Below are positions 1 to 9,915 of a stretch of DNA of 64,000 nucleotides, in pieces. The notes under the pieces are model-generated. The model did no database searches. It saw only the letters and a program-made list of their open reading frames with translations, and was not told the DNA's origin. How positions within the stretch are numbered: position 1 is the stretch's first letter; the number at the start of each line of letters is the position of its first letter. The DNA lies in the NCBI GenBank assembly GCA_001643675.2, contig LSRY02000011.1, positions 682,001 to 746,000 on the forward strand, written 5' to 3'. Source of the DNA: Monocercomonoides exilis PA203 (taxonomy: Eukaryota; Protista; Preaxostyla). Made by a program: the position numbers and the translations under genes.

Positions 1-1330
1 TATGTCTCATAAATGCCGGCGGCTCTGTATTGATATGAAAAATCCAGTGAATGGCCATCGTTGCTCCATTCTTATCGCTTTGAGAAATACTATGTCTCAT
101 CCACTCTGGTGGTGACTTTTTGACATATTCAATCCACAACATGGCCATTGTTAATCCATCTTCATTTCCAAGTGCATTATCGTGTCTCATCCATTTTGGT
201 GGCTCTGTCTTTATATTTGCGATCCAATACATCGCCATTGTTGCTCCATCACTATTTTGGAGTACATATTCGTGTCTCATCCATTCTGGTGGCTCTGTCA
301 GGACATATTTTATCCAGAGCATGGCCATTGTTCTTCCATTATTATCGCAAATTGTAATATTGTGTCTCATCCATTCTGGCGGCTCTGTTTTGACGTTTGC
401 TATCCAATACATCGCCATTGTGCATCCATCATAATCGCCAAGTGTGATTTCATGCCTCATCCATTCACGTGGTTCTGTCTTTGTACTTGTGATCCAATGC
501 ATGGCTATGGACAATCCTTTCTTGTCGCGATATGAAATGCCATACCTCATATGCTCAGGTGGTTCTGTTTTTTTCTCCATAATCCAGCGCATTGCTCCAA
601 TTCTTCCATTGCTATCGGGGGAATTATCACATTTCATCCATTCTGGTAAATCAGTTTGAATATTTTCAATCCAATACATCGCCATTGTCCATCCATTTTC
701 ATCTGCAAAAGAAATATTATGTCTCATCCATTCTGGTGGAGCTGTTTGAACATATTCGATCCACAGCATGGCCATTGTTTTTCCGTTATCATCAGTGCGC
801 GCAATGTCATGTCTCATCCATTCGGGTGGTTCTTTCTTCACATATCGAATCCATAACATGGCCATTGTCCATCCATCCTTACCAGCAAGCGTTATTCCGT
901 GTCTCATCCATTCTGGTGGCTCTGTATTAGCATATATGATCCAATACATGGCCATTGTCCATCCGTCCTTATCAGCAAGTGTGATGTCATGTCTCATCCA
1001 TTTCGGCGGTTCCGTCTTTTCACTTATAATCCAATACATTGCCATTGTTATCCCATTCTTACTGCCAAGTGTGATGTCATGTCTCATCCACTCTGGTGGA
1101 TCCGTCTGGACATATTTTATCCACAGCATGGCCATTGTTCTTCCTTTCTTATCGCAAAGTGCAATGTCATGTCTCATCCATTCGAGTGGCTCTTTTTGAA
1201 TATTTTCAATATAATACATGGCCACTGTTCTTCCATCATTGTCTGCAATAGAAATTTTATGTCTCATCCATTCAGGTGGCTCAGTTTTACTTTTCTCTAT
1301 CCAACGCATAGCTTTTGTTTTTCCCTCTGT
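1..1330. repeat. 90-bp coding tandem repeat, 15 units (one unit 87 bp)
   Basis: Core TGTCTCATCCATTCTGGTGG or variants recur at about 3, 93, 183, 273, 363, 453, 543, 630, 720, 810, 900, 990, 1080, 1170 and 1260. Confidence 0.95.
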
Positions 1331-1465
1331 ATCTTGATAAGCATTTATATTATCAAAAATGCTTGCCATTTTGCGAGAGGAAGATCTATAAAATTCGCTT
1401 GTTGTTCGGTAAAAGTTTTTCCAGAAGGATGATCGATCAATGATTTCCCATTTTTTAGTTTCCAT
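1..1465 (-). CDS. Tandem-repeat protein (>=488 aa, 3' end outside window) with 15 copies of a 30-aa ankyrin-like repeat DxxGxTMAMxWIxxxxTEPPEWMRHDIxLx
   Basis: Hand translation of the minus strand from ATG at 1465 (CAAAA-ATG, in-frame TAA 6 codons upstream) is open to base 1: METKKWEIIDRSSFWKNFYRTTSEFYRSSSRKMASIFDNINAYQ-DTEGKTKAMRWIEKSKTEPPEWMRH... Absent from the ORF track because no stop lies in the window. Confidence 0.88.
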   Translation of the reverse strand, partial: METKKWEIIDRSSFWKNFYRTTSEFYRSSSRKMASIFDNINAYQDTEGKTKAMRWIEKSKTEPPEWMRHKISIADNDGRTVAMYYIENIQKEPLEWMRHDIALCDKKGRTMAMLWIKYVQTDPPEWMRHDITLGSKNGITMAMYWIISEKTEPPKWMRHDITLADKDGWTMAMYWIIYANTEPPEWMRHGITLAGKDGWTMAMLWIRYVKKEPPEWMRHDIARTDDNGKTMAMLWIEYVQTAPPEWMRHNISFADENGWTMAMYWIENIQTDLPEWMKCDNSPDSNGRIGAMRWIMEKKTEPPEHMRYGISYRDKKGLSIAMHWITSTKTEPREWMRHEITLGDYDGCTMAMYWIANVKTEPPEWMRHNITICDNNGRTMAMLWIKYVLTEPPEWMRHEYVLQNSDGATMAMYWIANIKTEPPKWMRHDNALGNEDGLTMAMLWIEYVKKSPPEWMRHSISQSDKNGATMAIHWIFHINTEPPAFMRH

Positions 1466-1679
1466 TTTTGAATCAATGATTTAAAAGTTCAATAATCAGA
1501 AATTATTCACAATTGTTTGTGTAAATGAACATCAACAAATCTCACACTCCGATATGTTCGTTTCAACTGAATTCATAATAGGAGTAAAGTTCGCAAAAAG
1601 GCAGTTGATTCTTTCAAAAAAATTTTTTCATTTTAATTTTTTTTTGATCAAATGAGTATAAAAGGCAAAAACAACATCC

Positions 1680-2265
1680 AAGTGCATGCAGCGAATTCAT
1701 TGAATGAACAGGGTTTTGCAGAAAGTGTTCCAGATTGAAGGATGTTATTGTTAGCTCCACTCCACTCGATATCCCCCATCTGCAGCTGAATTGCTTGTCC
1801 CAGTTGTCTTGGTGTCATTCCACACGCTCAAAGTGAAAGTATTTTTCTCCATTGGCTGTTTCGTTTTCGTCTAAGGATGCTCTCTATCGCTTTCGTTTCC
1901 AGTGATGTTGACAATTCCTTTCCCGCAGCACCCGGCAAATGAGGTGTTTGCGACAATCAAAGAGGATGAAGGGTTATTGAGGAATGGTACAAATCTGTTC
2001 TCAGATGCTTCGCAAACTGATGAAAAGGAGCAGCTGCCCATTGAAACACGATTCTTCACAGAAGGATGCGGACAATAACGAACATGCAAGAAATGCTGTT
2101 GAGGTGTTTAAGAAGGTCAGTTTGGAAAGGGACTCAATTGATAATTGAAGGAGGTGAAAGAAACAAGATTGATATCACACAAAAAGAAAAGGGATGAGAC
2201 TCACTCACCACAGTGTTCCCTTCTTCTTCTCTTCCTCCTCTTCCTCCTCTTCCTTCTTCTTCTTC

Positions 2266-2299
<34 letters not shown>

Positions 2300-3070
2300 T
2301 CCTCGTTATTCTCTTCACTCTCCTCCTTCACCTCTTCTTCTTCTTCCTTTTCCAATTCCTCCTTCTCCTTCTCTTTCACTCCTTGTCTGCCCCATCCTCT
2401 CTTTCTCTCTCAGTCCCTCTCAACTGAATATTCCTCAATAACTCAAATTATTCTACAACCATTTTCCTTCATCTTTATACAGCTTATTAAAGAAATCTTA
2501 TAAAAAAAATATATAAAAGAACATTCTCTTTCAATACCTCATGTTATTAATTATCAAATAACACTCTTTCCCAAGTTGAACCCGCTCATTGCCCTTCACT
2601 TTCTATCGTCTGAAGTTGCTCTGCATTCCTTCATAGTATTTGAAAGACAATTTCAAAAACACTTTTTTTACAAACAAATAAAAAGAAAAAAATCAATAAA
2701 ATCATATCAAAAAAATAGATCAAATAATAAAACTTAAAAAAAAATCTTATACCTTTATTAGACTTCAATCTCACCTTCTTTTGCCACAAAATCGCTATTC
2801 CCTTTGCCTCCTCATCCCTTCCGTCATCTCCAACAAAAACAAAGTATGCTGTTATCTCCATTCCCAAAGATAAATATTATGGAGTCTATTTCCATCTTCT
2901 TCTGAGCGTCTTCCCAAATATTTGTGTTATTCTTCAGAAAAAGTCGCTTGCCTCGCCTTTTCACAAATTGCTTTCTCTTTCTTCTTTCTCCCTCTTTCCC
3001 TCTTTCCCTCTTTCCTTTTGTTCGTCCATCTCCTCCACAAAGGAATATCTGATAATGCATCTCTGTCATT
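1680..3070 (-). pseudogene. Decayed paralog of the N-terminal part of the 58334+ surface protein, with a Glu-rich microsatellite expansion
   Basis: Fragments SFCVISILFLSPP / SLSKLTFLNTST / SCSFSSVCEASENRFVPFLNNPSSSLIVANTSFAGCC / NTFTLSVWNDTKTTGT align with STFCVSSAPFLASP / SLADLIFFNIST / SCLFSSVCDAYDGGILPSLSKSLTSLAASNTSFIGCC / NTFTWCEWIGSNTTGT of the 58334 gene. Frameshifts and stops are present. The 5' limit is approximate. Confidence 0.75.
2218..2420. repeat. (CTT/CT)n polypyrimidine microsatellite
   Basis: Runs of ttcttc, ctcctc and (ct)n. Confidence 0.9.
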
Positions 3071-3289
3071 CCATTTGCTTTGAAATTGGCTCGTTGAATT
3101 CCTTTGGTTTGTTCAGTATTTTGTGCTTTCTGTAAAAGAAGAAGAAAATGATGATGAAGTGGAAATCTGGCTGAATATTAATGGCGGCTGCGTGAACCAG
3201 AACACCATTTTCCAGTAAGAATAAAACATACGATGAATGCAGTTCTATGTTTTCCAGTTCCTAATTTGGAAGCGCGGAATTATCATTCT

Positions 3290-4130
3290 TTTATTCTTTG
3301 GCACGGCTTAATATCTTAGCAGCATTTATTGACGAATTCCCAAAATCAGCAGCAAAATAAGAAGAATTTGGAAACGAAATCAAAGACGATGAAGAAGTGA
3401 AAAGAACTTTTATTCCAATAACATTCTCTCTTCTTCCTTTCCTCACAATAGAAATCTTCTTTGAGCCAATTTCAATTATTGTTGACTCATATAGGAAATT
3501 TACTTCCATCAGCGTGAATGTTAAGCTAATCTCAAATCCCTTCTTATCTGTCCGATGCAGATATGTCCCATTTGCCCCACATTGCTCAAAATTGTCGTTT
3601 CTATTCACAGAAATATTATCGTCTTGTCATTCAGCCAACCTTTCTTTTTCGTGAGCTGGTACGTCCAGCTGCTTTCTAATGAATTATATCCGTAGCACAC
3701 TCTCTAAGCATTTGTGTCTATCGTATATCATTCCTTGAACGGATTTTCAGAACTCAAAAAACTGTAATAATTGCATAGATTATGTAATGGCTATATGGAG
3801 TGGATAAAGTCCTGCACTTGCATTCATGGAAGAAAAGTTAATAACAATAATGCAAATATTCATGTATTGCTGTTTTATCTGGATATAATTGCAACCCTCA
3901 GCCATGTGAAACAGCAGAGCAAAAAAGAAATCTAATATTCTTGATCTTAAATGCAGCAGGAATGTTGTACAAAACTGCCTCCGTCATAATTATTTGCAAC
4001 TGAGAATGAAGCAAAATTGCAGTCAAATTCGCATGCACTCTCCTCTTCTCCTTTTTCTGTTCCAATGCATCCTGTTTCTGAAAACAGAAAGTTATCAGAT
4101 AAAATCCTCATTCGCGTATCGCATTTCGTG
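3290..4130 (-). pseudogene. Second decayed fragment of the 58334+ surface-protein family (matches about 59720-60480)
   Basis: ETGCIGTEKGEEESACEFDC vs GTGCIEAEDGEGKSACVFDC. FFHECKC and NPF segments are shared at DNA level. ISLTFTLMEVNFLYESTIIEIGSKKISIVRKGRRE vs LSLSVTLMEGNYASEATTIEIGSKKISVIGKGREE. Multiple stops and frameshifts. Confidence 0.85.
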
Positions 4131-4634
4131 CTTCTGATTAAATCGCTGTTTGATGAATCAATTCTTTGGTTAATTTTTTCGCTTATTCTTCTTTTTCTTT
4201 CTTGACAAATACTTCTTCTTTTGATAAGTTATGCTCTTCATCCTTCCCTATCATCATTATCTGTCATTTTTCTGCAATTTTCATCTTTTCTTTTTGTAAA
4301 ATTTTATATATTTCTTTAATGCCTCCGATCCTTTCGATATAAGCTCATTTTTTCGTTTATTAAATTTTTTAGCAACCATAACTTTTTTATTAACTTCGAA
4401 ATACCAAAAACAAATTATTCAAAAATTTGTAATTTGTGTCCAAAAAATGTGCTATATATTTTCAGAGCAACATTAAAAAAAATTAATTTATAATTTCTTC
4501 ATTAATCCACCATCAATAATTCAATGTGGAATAAGAATTTTTCATTTTCGAATAAAGTTTTTGACTGTTCTTTTTTTTTTTTCTGAATGATAGATTGCAG
4601 AAAATCAAAAGTTGACTTTCCATTTTCAACAAGT

Positions 4635-4926
4635 TGCATTTAAACCTGTGTGACGTAATGACCACTGACGTGAAAATTTTCAATTCTGACGGACTCATCA
4701 AAAATATTCGCGTCAGTGATTTTTTTTTGAAAGTTGAAATATTTCGTGAAAGCATAAAAAAATATAATATTGTAATTTATCTCATTTTTAAGTTCAATAT
4801 TTGCACAAGAAAATCAAAAAGTTTTTTCTTCTCACACAACATCTTAAAAAAAATTTTTAAAAATGGGATACTGACGAAAAGGCAAAAAAGGAATTTCGGA
4901 TCGTAGGTGACGGTCATGACCGTCAG
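4635..4926. promoter_or_regulatory. Cluster of seven TGACG/CGTCA motifs including a perfect 18-bp palindrome TGACGGTCATGACCGTCA (4908-4925)
   Basis: Motifs read directly in otherwise very AT-rich intergenic DNA. Regulatory function is inferred only. Confidence 0.35.
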
Positions 4927-6259
4927 GGCAAGTCAGTATTTCAATGTTGATCAAAAAAATGAAATAAATGCTAATTATTGAAAAAGTTGCATTTCGCAAT
5001 GTGAAAGATGAAATGAAATGGAATGATGAAGTATTTTTTTGCACTTTCATAAAGTTATAATTGTGGAAATCAAAATTGAACGCATGCAATTAGAACGCAC
5101 GTAGCAAACTTGGCCTCAAGGAAATTCAACAATTCATCCAGAACGAAATATCATCAGGATATGGTTTGCTTGTTTCAAAAGAGAAATTTTATTGACAGTT
5201 TTTTTATTGACAAGCTCACAAAATTCACAAAAATGTCCAAAGCCAGCCATCAAAATTTTTATTCTTAATTGTTTATCTTCATCTCTTAGTTGCACTTACA
5301 AATATATTGAAGATTCTGCGCCGACAAATTCCTCTTCATTTAAAATGTTATTTTCGTTTTTTTTCATTCATCTTTCTTTCCCGACAACGTTGAAAAGTAT
5401 TTATCAATTTCTTCGATCGACTTGGAGCGCCTGCCTTCCTTATCTTCATCACTTGATTATTGAGCGCAATTTTTTCAGAAAAGCCTGCTGAACATCACGA
5501 CTGAAGAATTGTTCTTCAAAAACGAGTGATAAAAGAAATTTTATTGAATGAAACAAGCATTCAACAAATGTTCTTGAGAATGAGGATTGCGAAATGGACG
5601 AGATATTTATCACTGTGATAATTGAAAGATGTTCAGTAATATTCCGTATGCATTTTCATCGAATGAAGATAATCGCTGGACACTTTTATCACTTAATAGA
5701 ATATGTTATTTCTCTCTTGGCGCAACGGAAGATTAGGGCAGAATCATTGTTGGAATGAGTGAAATATAATGTGAATAAAGATTCTTCATGAAAGATTTGA
5801 TCGTGAATTTATTTCTTATAAAAACTTTTTCTTATTGTTTACAAACGCACCACAAAAATTTTCATTTTTTCTATATTTCACATCAAATCCGAGTAATAAA
5901 CAAAAGGTATTTTGAAGCTCGTTGATTTTTATTGTTTTTTAAAAAAATACTGTGCAATTCATCTCTTAATATTATGAAAAAAATTAACGTATTATATTTC
6001 GCTGCATTTATCAACCTGTAAATCATAGAAACCTTGCGAAATGAAACAGTTATATGGTTTATTCATTCATCTTCTTTTGAGTCTTTTCTCCTAATTCTAA
6101 TTCTTTTCTTGTTTCTTTATTAATATCGTTTGCATCATTCTTTTTCCCATCATCCTAACAGATTGTTCTTCTCCTTGATCCGCTTGAAATAGGTTTCGTT
6201 TGGGTTCTCCTTTCATATCCACCAACACATTTCGATCTCGAAGTTTTCACTTTTCTCTC

Positions 6260-8055
6260 TATCTAATTCTTCGATTCTTCGATTCTTCTTTGCTCATTTC
6301 ACATACAGTGAATTTGGTGTTGCTCACTGAAAACGAATTGGCAGGGGCAGATGAGGCGAATGAGATGCATCCGCCATTGGTAGCAGTTTGTTGGCTGAAC
6401 TGTTCTGAGTTGATGCTGTTCATGGTGCAGTTTGTGATGGAGAGGGAGAGGGCAGAGGAGGTGGCAGAGGAGAGGACACAGCTGGTGGGGGAGGCTGTGG
6501 AGGCGATGTCGGTGATGTTGGAGGAGTTGAGGGTGAGGGGAGCAGTGAGGGAGGTGAGGTGGAAGATGCTTTGGCTGTTGAGGGTGAGACTGATGATTGC
6601 TGTGTGGTTGAGGGCGAATGTGCCAGCAGTGAGGAAGAAGAGGGGTGTTGTGATTGATGATGAAGATGGGGTTGTTCCGGTGATGGTGGTTGTGTTGAGG
6701 TTGAGGGAAGGGGAGTTATCGGAGAGGTGGAAGAGGATGGGGGTGATAGTGTTTGTGGAGTTGTGGGCGATGGCGAGGGCAGAGACTGTGAGGGAGCCCT
6801 AGGTCTGTTGGAAGAGGGCAGACGAGGCAGATGGATCAGGTGAAGAGGAAGAGGAAGATGATGATGAAGGTTGAGGAATGCCATATGAAGAGATAATTGT
6901 GGTATCTGTGCCATTTCCAGTGATTTTTGTTTCAACTGCGCTGAAAGTGAGTGTTTGAGTGGGAACAAATATTGAGGTGAGGAGGGCGAGAGAGGCATCT
7001 TGGAGGAGGGAAATGAAGCCGTTGAGGGCATACTCGTTGGTGGCGCATGGGGTCTGTTGGGGTCTGCCACAAGCATCAGAATTAGTTCCATTGCTGGCAA
7101 CGATTTTGTTCTGGTTGATGATTGGAAGCCATCCATTGTACACATCACTATCAGCTTTTCCATTGTTCCACACTCTTTTTGTTGAGGTTGTTGAACAACA
7201 ATTTTCGAATGGTGATTGAGTGATACTTGTTCCATTGAAGAATGAATCATTTCCTCTTCCCTTTGAAGCTGTGTTTCCATCGAAGAAACAAAATGTGATG
7301 AATTTCATTCCATTCATCCAAGTGAAGGTTGCATCCAAATAAATACCAGCACAGCCGCGTGCAGATAAAGTTGATGTAAATATATTATTTACAAATAGGC
7401 ACACATCTACCAAAAATTGATTTGGTTGATTGCTTGGAAGACCATTGAATGGTAGAGAACCAGCAGAATCTCTACTAGAGTTTGAGATGCACTTGCAGTT
7501 TGTTAACAAGAATTGACTTGATTAAGTCATGTTGTAGATCCAGAAATACCAACCAGTTCCAATTGTTCTTGTTATTGAACAATTTCCCACCATGTTATCA
7601 GAAAATGAATAAACGGAAGATGATTGCCGACCATCAATGCAAATTGCTCCTCCATTTTGTGCTGAAAAGTTTGTGAAATTGGATTTGTCAATTTCAATTT
7701 ATTTGCAAACAGTAACTATATAACGCTCCACCATGATTTGTATTTGAACAATTGAAAAGAAAGCAAGAAGTGATTGTGAGATTTGCATTTGTGTAATTTA
7801 TTTTCGGAGCACCTCCGTATTCATTTCCACTGTTTGAATCATTCCACTCACACCATTCAAGGAGATAGCTGTTCAATTCAGAAAAAGCCAATCTTCCAAG
7901 TTTCGCTCTTTGAGATTCAGATCTGACATCCACCACAGCAGCATTAGAAGAAGATCGTATAAGGCAAAAGAAGTTGGTTGTTCAAACAAGCAGAAAGAAG
8001 GAATGCAGTGATGTGGAGGTAGAAAAAGATACGGAGTAAAAGATGAAAAATACAT
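6260..8055 (-). pseudogene. Disrupted Cys-capped beta-helix (pectin-lyase/PMP-like) surface protein
   Basis: Stitched ORFs 7694-7936 and 6799-7509 and the continuation past TAG 6799-6801 give YGGA/HGGAL beta-helix motifs, GRGND..SPFENC.STT..RV...WL, and the NGTNSDACGRPQQTPCAT cap. In-frame TAA and TAG and a frameshift near 7690. Confidence 0.75.
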
Positions 8056-8523
8056 TGAAAAAGCTAATCTTTTAGAAAATACAAAGAATATTCAAATGGA
8101 AGATACACTTAGCGTTAACAAAAAACCGTCTGCATAACAGAAATATATGAATGAATAATATCGTTGAAACATTTAAATAAATCGATTGAAAAATGAAAAA
8201 TGAAAAGAATTTCAAAAGTTTCAAACTGTTGAAGCGATAAATAACACATATATGTATTATATAAAATAAAAGCACAAGAGCAAAATTCACATTATTGCAC
8301 AATCTATGCATAACAAATCTTATTAAAGAACAATTCATTCGAAAAAATTACTGAAATAAATTTATGGGATATGAGAAAAAATCAATTTTTGATAAATTCA
8401 AAAATTAAAAAGAGCAAATGAAGTTCAAAAAATTAATACTCACACAAAAATAATCATTCACTCTTAAAAAAAAAGAAAAATATTAAAATAAAAATAAAAT
8501 AAATAAAAATAACACTGGAAAAT

Positions 8524-8575
8524 TAATGACGGACGTGAAAATTTTTTTTCGATACGTCAGACAGGTTTAGTTGCA
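8524..8575. repeat. TGACG-containing motif; 8553-8575 is an inverted copy of 4635-4657
   Basis: Reverse complement TGCAACTAAACCTGTCTGACGTA vs TGCATTTAAACCTGTGTGACGTA (20/23). GACGTGAAAATTTT is also present at both sites. Confidence 0.6.
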
Positions 8576-8781
8576 TTTTTATTATTTTGAGTTAAAATGA
8601 AACACAAATTTAATTTTTTTTGAATTCAATAATCATCATAGTTTTTTTCAAAAAGTTCCCTTTTTCAATATTTCGGGTTTCAATAAAAACATCATTTCTT
8701 TTATTAAATTAATGTTCTCGCTCACCCTATTTCACCAGAAAGGAAATAAATACTTGGCAAAATTTTTATTAAATTAATTGC

Positions 8782-8819
8782 GCAGTTTCGTGAGTGGAAA
8801 CAGAAATTTGATGAAAATA
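8782..8819 (-). repeat. Dispersed intergenic repeat, inverted copy at 31628-31665
   Basis: 33/38 identity with an exact 16-nt core TGTTTCCACTCACGAA. Confidence 0.7.
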
Positions 8820-9915
8820 CTTATTTTCATTTTCACATAAAAATAAACAATAGTAACTTTTCACAAAAATATAGTCAAACGTTTGTTCACAGAAAAATTG
8901 GCAGTTGACAAAATAGATTGGATTCATTGTGATTGGGTCTGATTTTGACAGCAATTTTTCTTTCGAAGTCTTTTTTTAAAAAAATAAACTTTTTCAACGA
9001 AATGAAGAAAAAAAATAAATAAATATAAAAATAAAATGATAATAATCGTAATTTCCTTTTGAATGACAGTGAGAAATAATTCTTCATAACTGCATAATAT
9101 TTTTAAATCTCTTCTATTCGATTTGAAACAATGAGGATCAAAGAAAATCATTTGTTGAGAGTCTGATTGGTATTATTTTGTGAGTTCCTATATGATATTT
9201 GTTTTGACCGAATCTTAAAATTTGTGTCAGAATTAACTGATATTATCTTGGAAAAAATGTCATTATTGTTTGTCAAATTTTCTTTTCAATTTAACATTTC
9301 GTTCTCGTTGTTCAATAATAATTCTTTAAGTGTTATGTTTTATAAAAAAGGTTAAGCACATTAAGTTACAATGAACCATTTTTTTTTCTTTTTGATGAAA
9401 TTGTAAAAACGATTCATCAAAGCACTAAATTCTCGAAAGAACAAGAAAATTCAAAAAAAAAAAAACTTTATCACCATTAAAAGAACAAAAACTTCAATAT
9501 TTCTCAATCTGTGATTAAATAAAGATTTTTGGTGCAAGAAATGAAAACAAAAACAAAATATCTCACAGTAGGAATTAAATAGCTCAATATTGCTTCTCAA
9601 ACAATAGCAGAAATCATATTCGAAAACTCTTTGAACAAAAGCAAAAGTAAAGTTTTTAAAAAAAATAAAGATGGACTAAAAAATTGAAAAAAAAATATTT
9701 TTTTATTATTAAAAAAGAAGAATAAACAATTGTGCTCGAATTTAGTTGCTATCAACGAAAAAGAACGTTTATGATTAGTTAAAGCAAACAAACTATATAT
9801 TGTGCATGTGAAATAAAAATAAAAAATTAAAACACTCTTCAAGCAGAAATGCCTTTATCAAAGTTTTTCTTGGCAAAAGCATTCATTTATGAAGTGGACG
9901 TTGAAATAAAAACAC

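Noticed and set aside
1-1330. CRISPR-like look: ~20-nt conserved core with ~70-nt variable spacers
   Set aside because: The period is a multiple of 3, the 'spacers' are mutually homologous, the minus strand is one open frame, there are no cas genes, and the context is eukaryotic.
120-1432. Plus-strand ORFs with SCLIHSGG/MSHPFWW repeats
   Set aside because: Antisense shadows of the minus-strand repeat gene, broken by stops.
6200-7280. 200-aa plus-strand ORF and 286-aa Pro/Ser-rich minus-strand ORF
   Set aside because: Alternative-frame products of the compositionally skewed surface-protein pseudogene.
6799-7525. In-frame TAG/TAA at Gln-plausible positions, suggesting TAR=Gln recoding as in Streblomastix or hexamitids
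   Set aside because: Conserved genes here (legumain, serpin, kinase, CEP104) end at TAA at the expected C-termini, long genes have no internal TAR, and this locus also has a frameshift. It is a pseudogene.
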